Origin: an uncultured delta proteobacterium
GTDB taxonomy: Bacteria > Desulfobacterota > Desulfobacteria > Desulfobacterales > SG8-13
Reading direction: 5' to 3'
DNA length: 64,000 nt
Assembly: GCA_963848135.1 (NCBI GenBank)
Contig: CAWKCK010000003.1
Coordinates: 558,001-622,000 of the forward strand
Shown: positions 52,316 through 62,901 of the stretch, piece after piece
Layout: each line of letters opens with the position of its first letter
Position numbering within the stretch: position 1 is the first letter of the stretch
Program-made: the position numbers and the translations under genes
The notes under the pieces: generated by a model
What the model saw: the letters and a program-made list of their open reading frames with translations, nothing else
What the model was told of the DNA's origin: nothing
Database searches by the model: none

Positions 52316-52987
52316 TCAAGATTTCCGGCGCTTGGCGCTGAAATAAGCGGCCACACCGATCAAACCGAAGATGTACCCGATACCGCCGAGAATATCGTTG
52401 ACCGAAGGCCCACTCTGACGCGTATCAACCAGCAGTTTCATGACCGGTTGTAACTTTTTGTCCAATGCCTCCTCAACGACTTCCTGGATCTGGGCGGTGG
52501 ACACGTATCCGGCGGGTACCAAATTGCCGCTCACACCGGGAGCCGTAGCCATCGCTTGATCCGAAGCGGTTGCGAGGGGTGGCTTTGCGTCGGGTTCCGC
52601 CGCTTGAGGCGGTGTGTCGATACTGAGACCTGCAAGGTCTGAAAGCAAAATTGTCCACTCACCCTTGTGGCCCATACCGGCCTGAAGTACGACTTTCATT
52701 TCGGTTATCTCGGGCACTTTAAAGGAAAATTCGCCTTTGTCGTCCGTCACACCCTTCAGAAGGAGTTTGCCTTGGGAGTCGTAAACTTCAACGGGTGCGG
52801 CCACCGGCTTTCGTCCACCGCTGAATTTGCTCTCGACGTGCACTGTTTCCCCATCGACCCATGCGAAAACGGTCACATTGTGAGCTATAGCCTGACTGCA
52901 GACGAGCAGCGAAATCACAGCCATGACGAGTGACATCTGTCCGATATTTTTCCTTTGGCGCCGCATTATCAAGTGCATAAAGAACAT
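52316..52987 (-). CDS. Accessory Ni/Co transport component (NikL-like); true start probably further downstream
   Basis: Signal peptide then AH-NVTVFAW, GHKG, C-terminal TM GGIGYIFGLIG; located within the ECF operon. Confidence 0.65.
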   Translation of the reverse strand: MFFMHLIMRRQRKNIGQMSLVMAVISLLVCSQAIAHNVTVFAWVDGETVHVESKFSGGRKPVAAPVEVYDSQGKLLLKGVTDDKGEFSFKVPEITEMKVVLQAGMGHKGEWTILLSDLAGLSIDTPPQAAEPDAKPPLATASDQAMATAPGVSGNLVPAGYVSTAQIQEVVEEALDKKLQPVMKLLVDTRQSGPSVNDILGGIGYIFGLIGVAAYFSAKRRKS

Positions 52988-53054
52988 GATGCATTCTGCC
53001 TGCTTTTGTGTTTATATCGTCAATCGGGGATTTCTTCCCGTAAATGCTGCCCCA

Positions 53055-53242
53055 GAGCGGGGGGAACGATCAGCAGCGAAAGCGAGCACTTTAGGCAGCT
53101 TTGGGAAAGAACAGCGGCTACCTCGACTGTGCGTTGTAACCACAATGGTGAAAGGTCCTTTACTATTATGAAAACTGTTCTTTCGTTAGGTTGCCTTATG
53201 CATGAGTATGCGCGCTGAAGTCGCTGATCATTCCCTCCGCTC
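53055..53242. repeat. Palindromic element family A
   Basis: GAGCGGGGGGAACGATCAGC...GCTGATCATTCCCTCCGCTC. Confidence 0.85.
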
Positions 53243-53302
53243 CCGGTTGATGATACCTTCCCTATGACTCATTGATATAAATCGACTCTTAATCGAATAG
53301 AT

Positions 53303-53899
53303 TTATGGCAGCATGGCCGGCTGAACCTTTTTAAGAAACGCCACGCTGAATGACGTTACGATGCCTTCGATAACCATGACCGGCAGATGAGCCGTTACCA
53401 CCAGTTTGGCAATATTTAGAAAATTTTCTCCCGTGAACAGGAGCGCGAGGCCAACAAGTAAACCACTCATGAGGACCGCAAAAAAACCACAGCCGAATCC
53501 GGCGACAAGAAGCATTTTTGGGCTTTTTTGTAATAGCGGGGAAAAAAGATAATAAACGCTGACAGCCGGCAGTGCCATAATAACGGTGTTAACGCCCAGC
53601 GTGGTAATCCCACCGAACTGAAAGAAAACGGCCTGCAGCAGAAGGGCGACCACAATTGCCGGAAACGCGGCCCACCCCAGCAGTAGTCCCACCATCCCGT
53701 TCATGATCAAATGGATACTGACCGGGCCGAAGAGGGGCACATGTACCAAAGATGCCACGAAGAAGGCCGCTGCCAGGATGCCGACTTGGGCGATTTTGTC
53801 GTAGTCGATTTTTTTGAGGCCGATCACCGTTCCGGCGGTGGCAAGAACACCGCCGGAAATCAGCACCGGCGCGGACAAGACTCCTTCGGAAATATGCAT
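53303..53899 (-). CDS. cbiM: ECF Ni/Co transporter S component (NikM/CbiM)
   Basis: N-terminal MHISEG metal-binding motif; FFVASLVHVP, GGITTLGVN, IEG. Confidence 0.9.
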   Translation of the reverse strand: MHISEGVLSAPVLISGGVLATAGTVIGLKKIDYDKIAQVGILAAAFFVASLVHVPLFGPVSIHLIMNGMVGLLLGWAAFPAIVVALLLQAVFFQFGGITTLGVNTVIMALPAVSVYYLFSPLLQKSPKMLLVAGFGCGFFAVLMSGLLVGLALLFTGENFLNIAKLVVTAHLPVMVIEGIVTSFSVAFLKKVQPAMLP

Positions 53900-54136
53900 G
53901 GATTCCCGTTTCGCGTCAATCCGGATCGCCCCGAAAATTTCACGAGATCTTTTCAGGAGCTGGTTAAAAAGGAGCACCGTCGATACGATCTGCCATATTT
54001 GGTGCAATCGCCGGGTACCTGTTCTGTCAGACTTTTTCACATTGATTGAACCAGAGTCAAGAAAAACCCCCACACTTTTTTGTCCTTCATAAAAGGGGCC
54101 GGTATATTACTCAACCGTTGCCCTCATGCGGTGTTT

Positions 54137-54913
54137 TCATTTTTCTGTCCATGGTTCGAAGTGCACCCATAGAACGGCGCCGATTTCGACCCCCTTGTCC
54201 TGACCGTCCTTTTTGATTGTGAAGTCTGCGTGATTCAAGGCGGCAAAACCCCACCAGCCAGCCCTGGGCGCCGCGTAGGTGAATATGCCGTTCTGATCGG
54301 CTTTAATGGTTTGGGTGATCATGTAATCGGTTGGGGCAACGGCCTTCTTTTCCTTGTTGTAGTATTCAATTTCGACTTCAGCATGCGGTACCGGTTTGCC
54401 TGCCAACTTGACGATGCCTTGGAAGACATTGCCGGCATAGAGACCGTAAGGTTTCGACAGGGGCACGATCTCGGTTTTCAAACCAACCTCACCGTCCCAG
54501 CCTTCATCGTCGCCGAAGGCCGTGACCACCGTTTTGGTGTAGTGGATAATGAAGAGATCTTCAGACGGCTCCCAATAGGGTTGCGGTTCCATGTAAAACG
54601 TGTAGACCCCCGGTCGCTTTATGGCATATTCCGTTTGCCAGGCACGCTGATCCATGACTTCTATCGGTTTAAGGGCGCTGGCGAGATCTTCTTTCTTGTC
54701 GCCGGCCACCACGCCGAAGGATTTCGGTTTGTCTAACGCCATGCCGATCATTTCAAAGGGGTGAGAAAACGACAGTTGCAGGGTGACCCGGCGATTATCT
54801 TTCTGCATGACCATGGAATCCGAGGGGATCACCATTCCGAAATGGGCCCAAACCGAAGAAGCCCAACACAATAGCGTCGAACACACCGAAACCAAGATGA
54901 ATCCCTTCCGCAT
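54137..54913 (-). CDS. DUF4198 periplasmic protein (NikK-like)
   Basis: Signal peptide cleaved before AH-FGMVIP; FSHPFE; GWWGFAAL. Confidence 0.8.
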   Translation of the reverse strand: MRKGFILVSVCSTLLCWASSVWAHFGMVIPSDSMVMQKDNRRVTLQLSFSHPFEMIGMALDKPKSFGVVAGDKKEDLASALKPIEVMDQRAWQTEYAIKRPGVYTFYMEPQPYWEPSEDLFIIHYTKTVVTAFGDDEGWDGEVGLKTEIVPLSKPYGLYAGNVFQGIVKLAGKPVPHAEVEIEYYNKEKKAVAPTDYMITQTIKADQNGIFTYAAPRAGWWGFAALNHADFTIKKDGQDKGVEIGAVLWVHFEPWTEK

Positions 54914-55380
54914 AAAGAACCTCCTTTTGCAAACCGAAAGCGGCCGTTTCAAATTTTAAAATTAAAGACAAAAAGCCACGTGGTTTCGACGCCTTCTTGA
55001 CGCCCGTCACTCGTGGTTTCCGATTTTGAGTATTCTATCATCCGCGTATCAGGCCAGCTTCGACCAACCGGTTTTATTTCGATGTATATACATCCGGTTT
55101 GAGTGTCAATAAAAAACGGTTGGCGGTAGTGGTTGCGATCATCAAGAAGGGTTACAAGGTTTATATTGCTCCTAAAATAAATAAACGCCGAATGACGGAA
55201 GGGCGATACAAGTGATATAGAAGACAACGTTCGAATAACGCAGCGTTTTTTTGACAAGGATGATTACCATCGTCCTATGGATCTCCCCGTTACCGTGGAT
55301 CGGTATTCTTGACTTGGCCTGCAAAATTAACTATCTATCAAAATTTTACACTTAATCGAACAAATTTGGCGTTTTCACCT

Positions 55381-57045
55381 ATGAAAGACACCATCAGACA
55401 GCTGATCGAAGCGGCTGCCACTCGTGCCCATGACAAAGGGTTTTTGCCCTCCGCCGATTTTCCCGAGGTGAATGTCGAAGTCCCCAAGCTGGAAGTCCAT
55501 GGCGATTTTTCAACAAACTTTGCCATGCTCATGCCAGCACTGCAGAAAATGTCGCCCCGCAAGATTGCCGAGGTGATTGTCGAACATTTGAACGACACGC
55601 ACAAGTTGTTGAATAAAGTCGACATTGCCGGGCCGGGATTTATCAATTTTTACCTTAAGCCCGCTGCTTGGCATCCCGTGCTGCGGGAAATCCACGATTC
55701 CGATCATCGTTATGGCGCTTCGGATCTCGGTCGGGCAAAAAAAATTCAGGTCGAGTTCGTCAGTTCCAATCCCACCGGACCATTGCATGTCGGCCACGGC
55801 CGCGGGGCTGCCGTCGGTGACAGCGTCGCCAACATTCTGGAATATTGCGGATATGACGTGCAGAGGGAATATTACATCAACGATTCCGGCCGTCAGATTC
55901 AGACCCTCGGGCGATCGGTTTTCCTGCGCTACCGGGAGCTGATGGGAGAGGCCGTAGATTTTCCGGAAGAATGCTACCAGGGGGATTACATTCGCGATAT
56001 CGCCGTGCGTATCAAAGACCAGCACGGTGAAGGGCTCCTCCACAAGGAGGAAATCGATGCTGTCCTGACCTGTGCTCGCGTTGCAGCGGACGAGATTCTG
56101 GCCGGGATCCGCGATGACCTCGAGGTCTTTGGGGTTGCATTCGATGAGTGGTTCAGCGAGCAGAGCCTGTATGATTCCGGCAAGGTGGATAAAATCATCA
56201 CAGATTTTCGTGCCAACGGTAACATATACGAACATGACGGTGCCCTCTGGTTCAAAACCAGTAAATATGGGGATGAGAAAGACCGCGTTGTCGTTCGTGG
56301 GAACGGACAGACCACTTATTTCGCCTCGGACATCGCCTACCATCAGGACAAGTATGCCCGCGGCCTTGAGCGGGTCATCGATGTCTGGGGTGCGGATCAT
56401 CATGGGTACATTCCACGGATGACGGCAGCTGTCGAAGCCTGCGGCCATGACCGCAGCCAATTCCACGTCATTCTGGTTCAATTGGTGAACCTTCTTCGGG
56501 GGGGAGAACCGGTGGCCATGTCCACCCGGGCGGGCGAGTTCGTAACCCTGCGGGAAGTTATCGACGAAGTTGGAAAAGACGCCGCCCGCTTTATTTTTCT
56601 AACGCGGCATTATGACAGCCCTCTCGATTTCGACCTCGAGATCGCCAAACAGCAGACCAACGAGAACCCGGTCTATTATGTCCAGTACGTGCACGCCCGG
56701 ATCTCGAGTATCGTCCGCAAGGCGACCGAACAGGGAATCGAAGACATCCGGTGGGAGGACGACGCCGTGGCGTTACTCCAGGAACCGGAGGAAATCCAGT
56801 TGATCAAAACCCTCGCCCGTTACCCGGAAACCGTTGCTGTCAGCGCGGAGAATTTGGAGCCGCACCGGATTACATATTTTCTTATGAGCCTGGCTGCTGC
56901 TTTCCACGCGTATTACAACAAGCACCGGGTGCTTTCGGATGACCCGGTGTTGAGCCGCGGACGATTGTATCTTGTGGAGGCGGTCCGAAAGGTTATCCGC
57001 AACGGATTGGGGTTGTTGGGGGTTGGGGCGCCGGAAAAAATGTAA
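55381..57045 (+). CDS. argS: Arginine--tRNA ligase
   Basis: [50 protein letters not shown]. Confidence 0.97.
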   Translation: MKDTIRQLIEAAATRAHDKGFLPSADFPEVNVEVPKLEVHGDFSTNFAMLMPALQKMSPRKIAEVIVEHLNDTHKLLNKVDIAGPGFINFYLKPAAWHPVLREIHDSDHRYGASDLGRAKKIQVEFVSSNPTGPLHVGHGRGAAVGDSVANILEYCGYDVQREYYINDSGRQIQTLGRSVFLRYRELMGEAVDFPEECYQGDYIRDIAVRIKDQHGEGLLHKEEIDAVLTCARVAADEILAGIRDDLEVFGVAFDEWFSEQSLYDSGKVDKIITDFRANGNIYEHDGALWFKTSKYGDEKDRVVVRGNGQTTYFASDIAYHQDKYARGLERVIDVWGADHHGYIPRMTAAVEACGHDRSQFHVILVQLVNLLRGGEPVAMSTRAGEFVTLREVIDEVGKDAARFIFLTRHYDSPLDFDLEIAKQQTNENPVYYVQYVHARISSIVRKATEQGIEDIRWEDDAVALLQEPEEIQLIKTLARYPETVAVSAENLEPHRITYFLMSLAAAFHAYYNKHRVLSDDPVLSRGRLYLVEAVRKVIRNGLGLLGVGAPEKM

Positions 57046-57050
57046 AGAGA

Positions 57051-57171
57051 CGACAAAGGATAAAGCCCATCTGCTTTGTTGCGTTTCACTTTGTGGCATT
57101 GCGGCGTACAAAATGTACGCCGCACTCCCCAAAGCTCACGCGCCTTGCATATAAGACTTTATCCTTTGCCG
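57051..57171. repeat. Palindromic intergenic element (family B)
   Basis: CAAAGGATAAAG/CTTTATCCTTTG arms; GCGGCGTAC-AAAAT-GTACGCCGC core. Confidence 0.75.
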
Positions 57172-57278
57172 CTTGTAAGATGTCATTTATTACTTGTACC
57201 ATATAATTGATTGATCTGAGACCACGTGTCACACGAATGGCATTCTGTTGAGTTACTAACTAAGTCGACGCTTTTAAA

Positions 57279-58055
57279 ATGGCTAACCGTCGTAAAAAAG
57301 ATGAAAAAAAGATTGGTTTGAAGGAAAAAATCCGCGGAATCGCATGGGGGCGATACCTTACGATTGTATTTATTTCGGCGTGGATGTTCATCCTCGGTGT
57401 ATTTGTCGGACGGGGGACGGCTCCGGTGAAGTTCGATATTAAGAAACTCTCCAGAGAGATTGAAGAACTCCGAACAGCCGACGTGAAAAAGCGGTTGGCC
57501 CCGGTGGAAGCTGTGACCGACGAGGAGAAGACAAAGACAACGCTCGGTTTTTACGAAGAACTAAAGAAGAGTGAACCGGTTTCGGTTACAGCAGTAAAAC
57601 CGCGCACGGTTTTAAATAAATCTACGGTGATAAAGCAGGAGAAGAATACATCCGTAAACGCCAAAGCGGCCCCAGGTGAAAAAAAAGAGTCTGTGCCCAA
57701 ATCTGCGCCGAAGGCACAAAAGGTAACAGCGGCAAAATCTGCGGCCAAAAAACCGGAAGTAAAAACAGTCGTTCCGGTACCAAAATCGGTGAAGCCTGTC
57801 GGCGAAAAGACGGCAAATACGAAAGAGATGACCATTCAAGTGGCATCCGTGAAGGCTCTGGACGATGCAGATGCGTTGGTAAAAAAACTCAACGACAAGG
57901 GGTATCCCGCATACAAATCCATTGCCATCGTGCCTGACAAGGGGATTTGGTTTCGCATCCGTGTCGGCCAATACAAGAGCCGCGAGGCGACAACCGACAT
58001 GATCGGGCGGCTAAAAAAAGATGGCTTCCGCCCCATGGTCGTGGACCGGAAGTGA
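57279..58055 (+). CDS. SPOR-domain cell-division protein (FtsN-like)
   Basis: TM, LGFYEEL, K/P/A-rich linker, TIQVAS...WFRIRVG SPOR domain; argS synteny. Confidence 0.88.
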   Translation: MANRRKKDEKKIGLKEKIRGIAWGRYLTIVFISAWMFILGVFVGRGTAPVKFDIKKLSREIEELRTADVKKRLAPVEAVTDEEKTKTTLGFYEELKKSEPVSVTAVKPRTVLNKSTVIKQEKNTSVNAKAAPGEKKESVPKSAPKAQKVTAAKSAAKKPEVKTVVPVPKSVKPVGEKTANTKEMTIQVASVKALDDADALVKKLNDKGYPAYKSIAIVPDKGIWFRIRVGQYKSREATTDMIGRLKKDGFRPMVVDRK

Positions 58056-58087
58056 AACAGAATACCAGTGCCGTTAGGGGAGAAAAT

Positions 58088-58375
58088 ATGAAAATTACCA
58101 AGGAGGAACTCCTCCATGTGGCCCATCTTGCCCGCCTTGATCTCGACGATGCGGCGATAGAGAAATTTGTCGATCAGATCGGCACGATTCTGGCGTACGT
58201 CGATCAGTTGAAAAGCGTCGATACCGCAGATGTCCGCCCGACCTCGCATGCGATCGCTCTCACCAACGCTTTCAGAGAAGACATTCTTAAAGATCACCTC
58301 GACACGGAGACGGCCTTGGCCAACGCCCCCGAAAAGGATGGTGGAAGTTTTATCGTGCCGAAGGTTGTGGGGTAG
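58088..58375 (+). CDS. gatC: Asp/Glu-tRNA amidotransferase subunit C
   Basis: HVAHLARL...PTSH...FRED...NAP...VPKVV. Confidence 0.95.
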   Translation: MKITKEELLHVAHLARLDLDDAAIEKFVDQIGTILAYVDQLKSVDTADVRPTSHAIALTNAFREDILKDHLDTETALANAPEKDGGSFIVPKVVG

Positions 58376-58377
58376 TA

Positions 58378-58496
58378 GCGGGTTGCGAGTTGCGGGTTGC
58401 GAGTTGCGAGTTGCGAGTTGCGGGTTGCGAGTTGCGGGTTGCGTGTTGCGGGTTGCGAGTTGCGAGTTGCGGGTTACGGGTTGCGAGTTGCGGGTT
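58378..58496 (+). repeat. Heptamer tandem array (G/A)GTTGCG, about 16-17 units
   Basis: Seen directly between gatC and gatA. Confidence 0.95.
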
Positions 58497-58542
58497 AGGT
58501 GTTTGTCCGGGAAGTATACGGTACCGACAAAAGGATGAATTG

Positions 58543-60003
58543 ATGAACCTATACGAATTAACCATTCACGAGGCCCATGGTCTGCTGCGAAAGAAAGAAG
58601 TCAGCGCCGTGGAGCTTACCCGGGCCGTGCTGGAGAGAGTCGATGCCGTTGACGACAAAGTGGGCGCCTATCTGACTGTGGCTGGCGATCAGGCCCTGGA
58701 TCAGGCCCGGCATGCGGATGCCCTAATTGCCGCCGGAAACATTCGGCCCCTCACCGGCATCCCGCTAGCGATTAAGGATCTGATTTGTACCCAGGGCGTT
58801 CGTACATCATGTGCTTCCAGGATTTTGGAAAATTTTGTACCGCCTTACGATGCTTTTGTCATCGGGCGACTGCGGCAAGCCGGGGCTGTTTTCACCGGAA
58901 AGCTGAATATGGACGAGTTTGCCATGGGGTCGTCCACCGAAAACTCGGGGTTCAAGCTGACCCACAATCCATGGGATCTATCACGCATCCCGGGGGGGTC
59001 GAGCGGGGGATCGGCAGCGGCAGTAGCCGCCGATATGTGCCTGGCAGCGCTTGGTTCAGATACCGGCGGTTCCATCCGTCAGCCGGCTTCGCATTGCGGT
59101 GTGGTCGGTTTGAAGCCCACCTACGGCAGGGTGTCGCGATTCGGGCTGGTCGCTTTTGCGTCCTCGTTGGATCAGATCGGGCCGTTGGCCAAGGATGTCA
59201 CCGACGGCGCCCTGCTGTTAAATGCCATTGCCGGTTACGATCCGGGCGACTCCACCTCGGTGCCAAGGGACGTTCCGGATTACACCGCGTCACTCGGTCA
59301 AAGCCTGAAGGGTTTAAAGGTTGGGCTCCCTCAGGAATACTACGGCATGGAAGGCCTCGACCCGGAAGTTTCCGCAGCCGTGGAAGAGGCCACCCGGACG
59401 ATCGAGGCCCTGGGCGCTGAAAGGGTGCCCGTTTCCCTGCCCCATACGCGTTACGTCGTGGCCGTTTACTACGTGATTGCGCCCTCGGAGGCCAGCTCCA
59501 ACCTGGCCCGTTATGACGGCGTCAAATACGGCTACCGGGACAAAGGCCCCTCCGACCTTATCGAAATGTATCGCAGCACACGCTCAAAAGGTTTCGGCTC
59601 CCGAAGTACAGCGGCGCATCATTATCGGCACTTACTGCCTGTCGGCCGGATACTACGATGCCTATTATGGTAAGGCCAGCCAGGTGCGGACGTTGATCAT
59701 GGAAGATTTTAAAAAAGCGTTTGAACAGTGTGATGTCATTTTAACGCCGGTGGCGCCGACGCCGGCCTTCAAAATCGGAGAGAAAGTAAACGACCCGTTG
59801 ACCATGTACCTTTCGGACATCTTCACCCTGTCCGCCAATCTGGCGGGTATTCCGGGCATATCCCTTCCTTGCGGTTTCTCTTCTGACGGTCTTCCCATCG
59901 GACTGCAGATCCTGGGTAAACACTTTGACGAGGAGCGATTGCTCCAGGTTGCCTATGGTTTCGAGCAGGCGACTGCTTTTCACACGAAAAGCCAAAAATA
60001 TAA
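58543..60003 (+). CDS. gatA: Asp/Glu-tRNA amidotransferase subunit A (apparent indels near 59600 and 59990)
   Basis: [37 protein letters not shown]-terminus [10 protein letters not shown]...GLPIGLQ lies in another frame. Confidence 0.93.
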
Positions 60004-60065
60004 ATTTGGATTCGTTGTCATGATGGCAGAAGCAAATTCAAATATGTGGAAAGGAACAAGAGAAG

Positions 60066-60326
60066 ATGACGACAGTGCAACCGGACAGTGAAGACATAAG
60101 GAGAGCCGTGAAGTGGATCACCGAAGTGCGCAAGCACGAACCCGGCCGCACGATAGATCAGTTACTCGAAGAAGCCAGTCGAAAATTCGACCTCTCGCCC
60201 CTCGAGACGGAGTTTTTGCAGAGATTTGTGGTAGATGAGAAGATTGTAGAGTTTTGCGGGTTACGGTGTTGCGGGTTTGCGGGTTGCGGGTTGCAGGTTG
60301 TGAGAGGATATTTGCGTATTGTTTGA
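60066..60326 (+). CDS. Small hypothetical protein whose C-terminus runs into heptamer repeats
   Basis: AVKWI...[17 protein letters not shown] helical core; last ~25 aa are repeat-derived. Confidence 0.65.
   Translation: MTTVQPDSEDIRRAVKWITEVRKHEPGRTIDQLLEEASRKFDLSPLETEFLQRFVVDEKIVEFCGLRCCGFAGCGLQVVRGYLRIV
60254..60300 (+). repeat. Short degenerate GGTTGCG heptamer array upstream of the four-helix-bundle gene
   Basis: TTGCGGGTTACGGTGTTGCGGGTTTGCGGGTTGCGGGTTGCAGGTTG. Confidence 0.85.
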
Positions 60327-60393
60327 ACCTGTAGAAGAGTTGTACAATCTATCTGAATATTTCATTTGTCAACAACACGAATCAATCAATGTG

Positions 60394-60759
60394 ATGAAAA
60401 GTTACAAAGAATTGGACATATATAAAATATCATTTGATCTTGCTGTGAAAATACATAGGTATTCAATGGCGCTTCCGAATTATGAATTGTACGAAGAAGG
60501 AAGTCAGGTGAGAAGATCTTCAAAAGGGATTACTGCATCCATCGTCGAAGGTTATGGAAGAAGAAGATATAAGGCTGACTTCATCAAATTTCTGATCTAT
60601 GCTCATGCTTCTTGCGACGAAACGATTCTCCATTTGAATTTCATTAAAGAAACTCATAGTAATAATGGAAGTGAATTTGACCATTTTCTGGAATCATACA
60701 ATGAATTGGGCGCTAAGATTAATCGTTTCATTCAGTATGTTGAATCGAATTGGAAATAA
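60394..60759 (+). CDS. Four-helix-bundle protein (23S rRNA IVP-like family)
   Basis: SYKELDIYK...LP..E.YE..SQVRRSS..I.ASIVEGYGRR...FIKFL.YAHASCDET. Confidence 0.9.
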   Translation: MKSYKELDIYKISFDLAVKIHRYSMALPNYELYEEGSQVRRSSKGITASIVEGYGRRRYKADFIKFLIYAHASCDETILHLNFIKETHSNNGSEFDHFLESYNELGAKINRFIQYVESNWK

Positions 60760-60767
60760 CACCATGT

Positions 60768-60942
60768 CCCGCAACCCGCAACCCGCAACCCGTAACCCGC
60801 AACCCGTAACCCGCAACCCGTAACAACCCGCAACCCGTAACCCGTAACCCGCAACCCGCAACCCGTAACCCGCAACCCGTAACCCGCAACCCGCAACCCG
60901 TAACCCGTAACCCGCAACCCGCAACCCGTAACCCGTAACCCG
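60768..60942 (-). repeat. Heptamer tandem array (CCCG(C/T)AA)n, about 24 units, inverted relative to the upstream arrays
   Basis: Seen directly; reverse complement of TT(G/A)CGGG; abuts the mutL start. Confidence 0.95.
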
Positions 60943-60951
60943 AAAAACCCC

Positions 60952-62875
60952 ATGTCCAAAATCAGAATCCTTCCTGAAATCATTTCAAACAAGATCGCGG
61001 CCGGTGAAGTGGTTGAACGACCGGCTTCCGTGGTCAAGGAGTTGGTGGAAAACGCTCTGGATGCGGGAAGCACAAGGATCGTCCTTGAGGTGGAAAAAGG
61101 GGGGCGCCGCCTCATCCGGGTTTCCGACAACGGCAGTGGCATGAACCGTGACGATGCATTGCTGGCCTTGGAACGGTATGCCACAAGCAAGATTTTCACG
61201 GATGCGGATCTTTTTTCGATTCAAAGCCTCGGGTTCAGAGGCGAAGCCCTTCCGAGCATTGCCTCGGTGTCTCGCTTCACGCTTGTCACCCGTGATTCGG
61301 AAGCCGCTGGCGGGACGGAAATTCGTGTGGCCGGCGGAAAAATTCTGAACGTTGCGGAAACCGGCGCGCCGCCGGGAACGATGGTGACGGTGGAAAGCCT
61401 GTTTTTCAACACCCCGGCGCGGCGAAAGTTCATGAAAACGGTCACCACCGAGATGGGGCACATCGCCGACATCGTGAACAGTATTGCCATGGGACGACCG
61501 GAGGTCTATTTCCGGCTGGTACACAACGGTAAAGCGCTGAAGAGCTGGCCGCCGGCTTCAGACCGGTTTGAGCGTATCGCCGATGTGTTGGGGGCGGATT
61601 TGCGCGCCGGATCTTTATCCGCTTGACCGGCGGACCGATGCGGTCAGCGTAGAGGGTTGGGTATCATCACCGCGGGTTTACCGCAGCACATCCCGCGGGG
61701 TTTATATTTATGTCAACGGCCGTTTCGTGCGCGACCGGGTCATTCAGCACGCCCTGTTTGCCGGCTACCGGCAGCGGTTGGTTAAAGGCCGGTTTCCGGT
61801 GGCAGCCCTTTTTGTCAGGCTTCCCAGCGACCAGTTGGACGTCAACGTTCATCCGACCAAGCGCGAGGTTCGTTTCTCACAGCAGCGCCTGATTCACGAC
61901 GTGGTACAGGCGGCGGTAGAGGAAACCCTCGATCGTGAGGACCGGCCGAAATGGGCCGGTGTGGATTTCGCGCCGACCGGACGTTTTACAGAAGAAAAGC
62001 AGATTTCCGAAAGAGGATCTGGCTATGAACCGCAAGGCTCAGAGTTTAGGGCTGAAAACGAGAAGGGGAAAACGGAAAGCGATAAGCATAGAGCTGAAAG
62101 CTCAAGGCTCAAAGCTGAAAGGAATAAGGAATACAAACATGGCCGTCGATTCGATCCGTTGAATGACGGTAGTTTTCAAATGCGGGGGTGGAATAAAAAA
62201 CCGGCGGCACGAGACCCGGATACCACCGACGAAGGGTGGAAATATGTACCGGGACCGCGTGGTGATCAGGCCCGTTTTTGGCCGGTTCAGCGTTTCGGTG
62301 ACCTGCAGGTCATCGGGCAGTTGAGAAATACCTATATCGCGTGTGAAACCCCTGCGGGATTGCTTCTTCTGGACCAGCATGCCGCCCACGAACGGGTGCT
62401 TTACGAGCAGCTTCAAAAACGATCTGGAGCCCTGACGAAGGAGGCCCAGCGACTGCTTGTGCCGGAGACGGTCGAACTGGGGTTCCGGGAGGCCGGCATT
62501 TTGGAAGAACTGCTGGCTGAGTTCAAATCCCTCGGGCTCGAGATCGAGCCTTTCGGCACCAACACGTTTGTCGTGCGAGCGGTTCCCGCTCTACTGACCG
62601 GTCGAGAGATTGAACCGCTGATCCGCGAAATCGTGGAAAAATTGGCGGCTGACGGATTTACAAACGGTCTTGAGCAATCCATTGACACCTGTTTAAAACT
62701 CATGGCCTGCCACGGGTCGATTCGGGCCAATCAGGCGCTCGATGAGCGACAGATCCGCCAACTGTTGCAGCAGCTCGATGCTTGCGAGAATCCTTCCCAT
62801 TGCCCTCACGGGCGGCCGACGTGGTTGCAGTGGACGCGCCAGGAGATAGAAAAAGCTTTCAGCCGAATTATATGA
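60952..62875 (+). CDS. mutL: DNA mismatch repair protein MutL (frameshift near 61605, probable sequencing error)
   Basis: IAAGEVVERPASVVKELVEN, GFRGEAL, DVNVHPTKREV, DQHAAHER, ACHGSI, CPHGRP. Confidence 0.95.
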
Positions 62876-62901
62876 GTCCTCGGGGAGTGTTCATCAACCG
62901 G

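Noticed and set aside
58230..58565. ORFs with LRVAGCE/NPQLATR repeats (also 60694-61199) and the extended gatA N-terminus
   Set aside because: These are translations of the heptamer arrays; gatA starts at 58543.
60394..60759. Diversity-generating retroelement (Avd-like gene)
   Set aside because: No reverse transcriptase and no TR/VR pair seen in the window.
58378..60942. CRISPR array
   Set aside because: Contiguous 7-nt units with no spacers and no cas genes.
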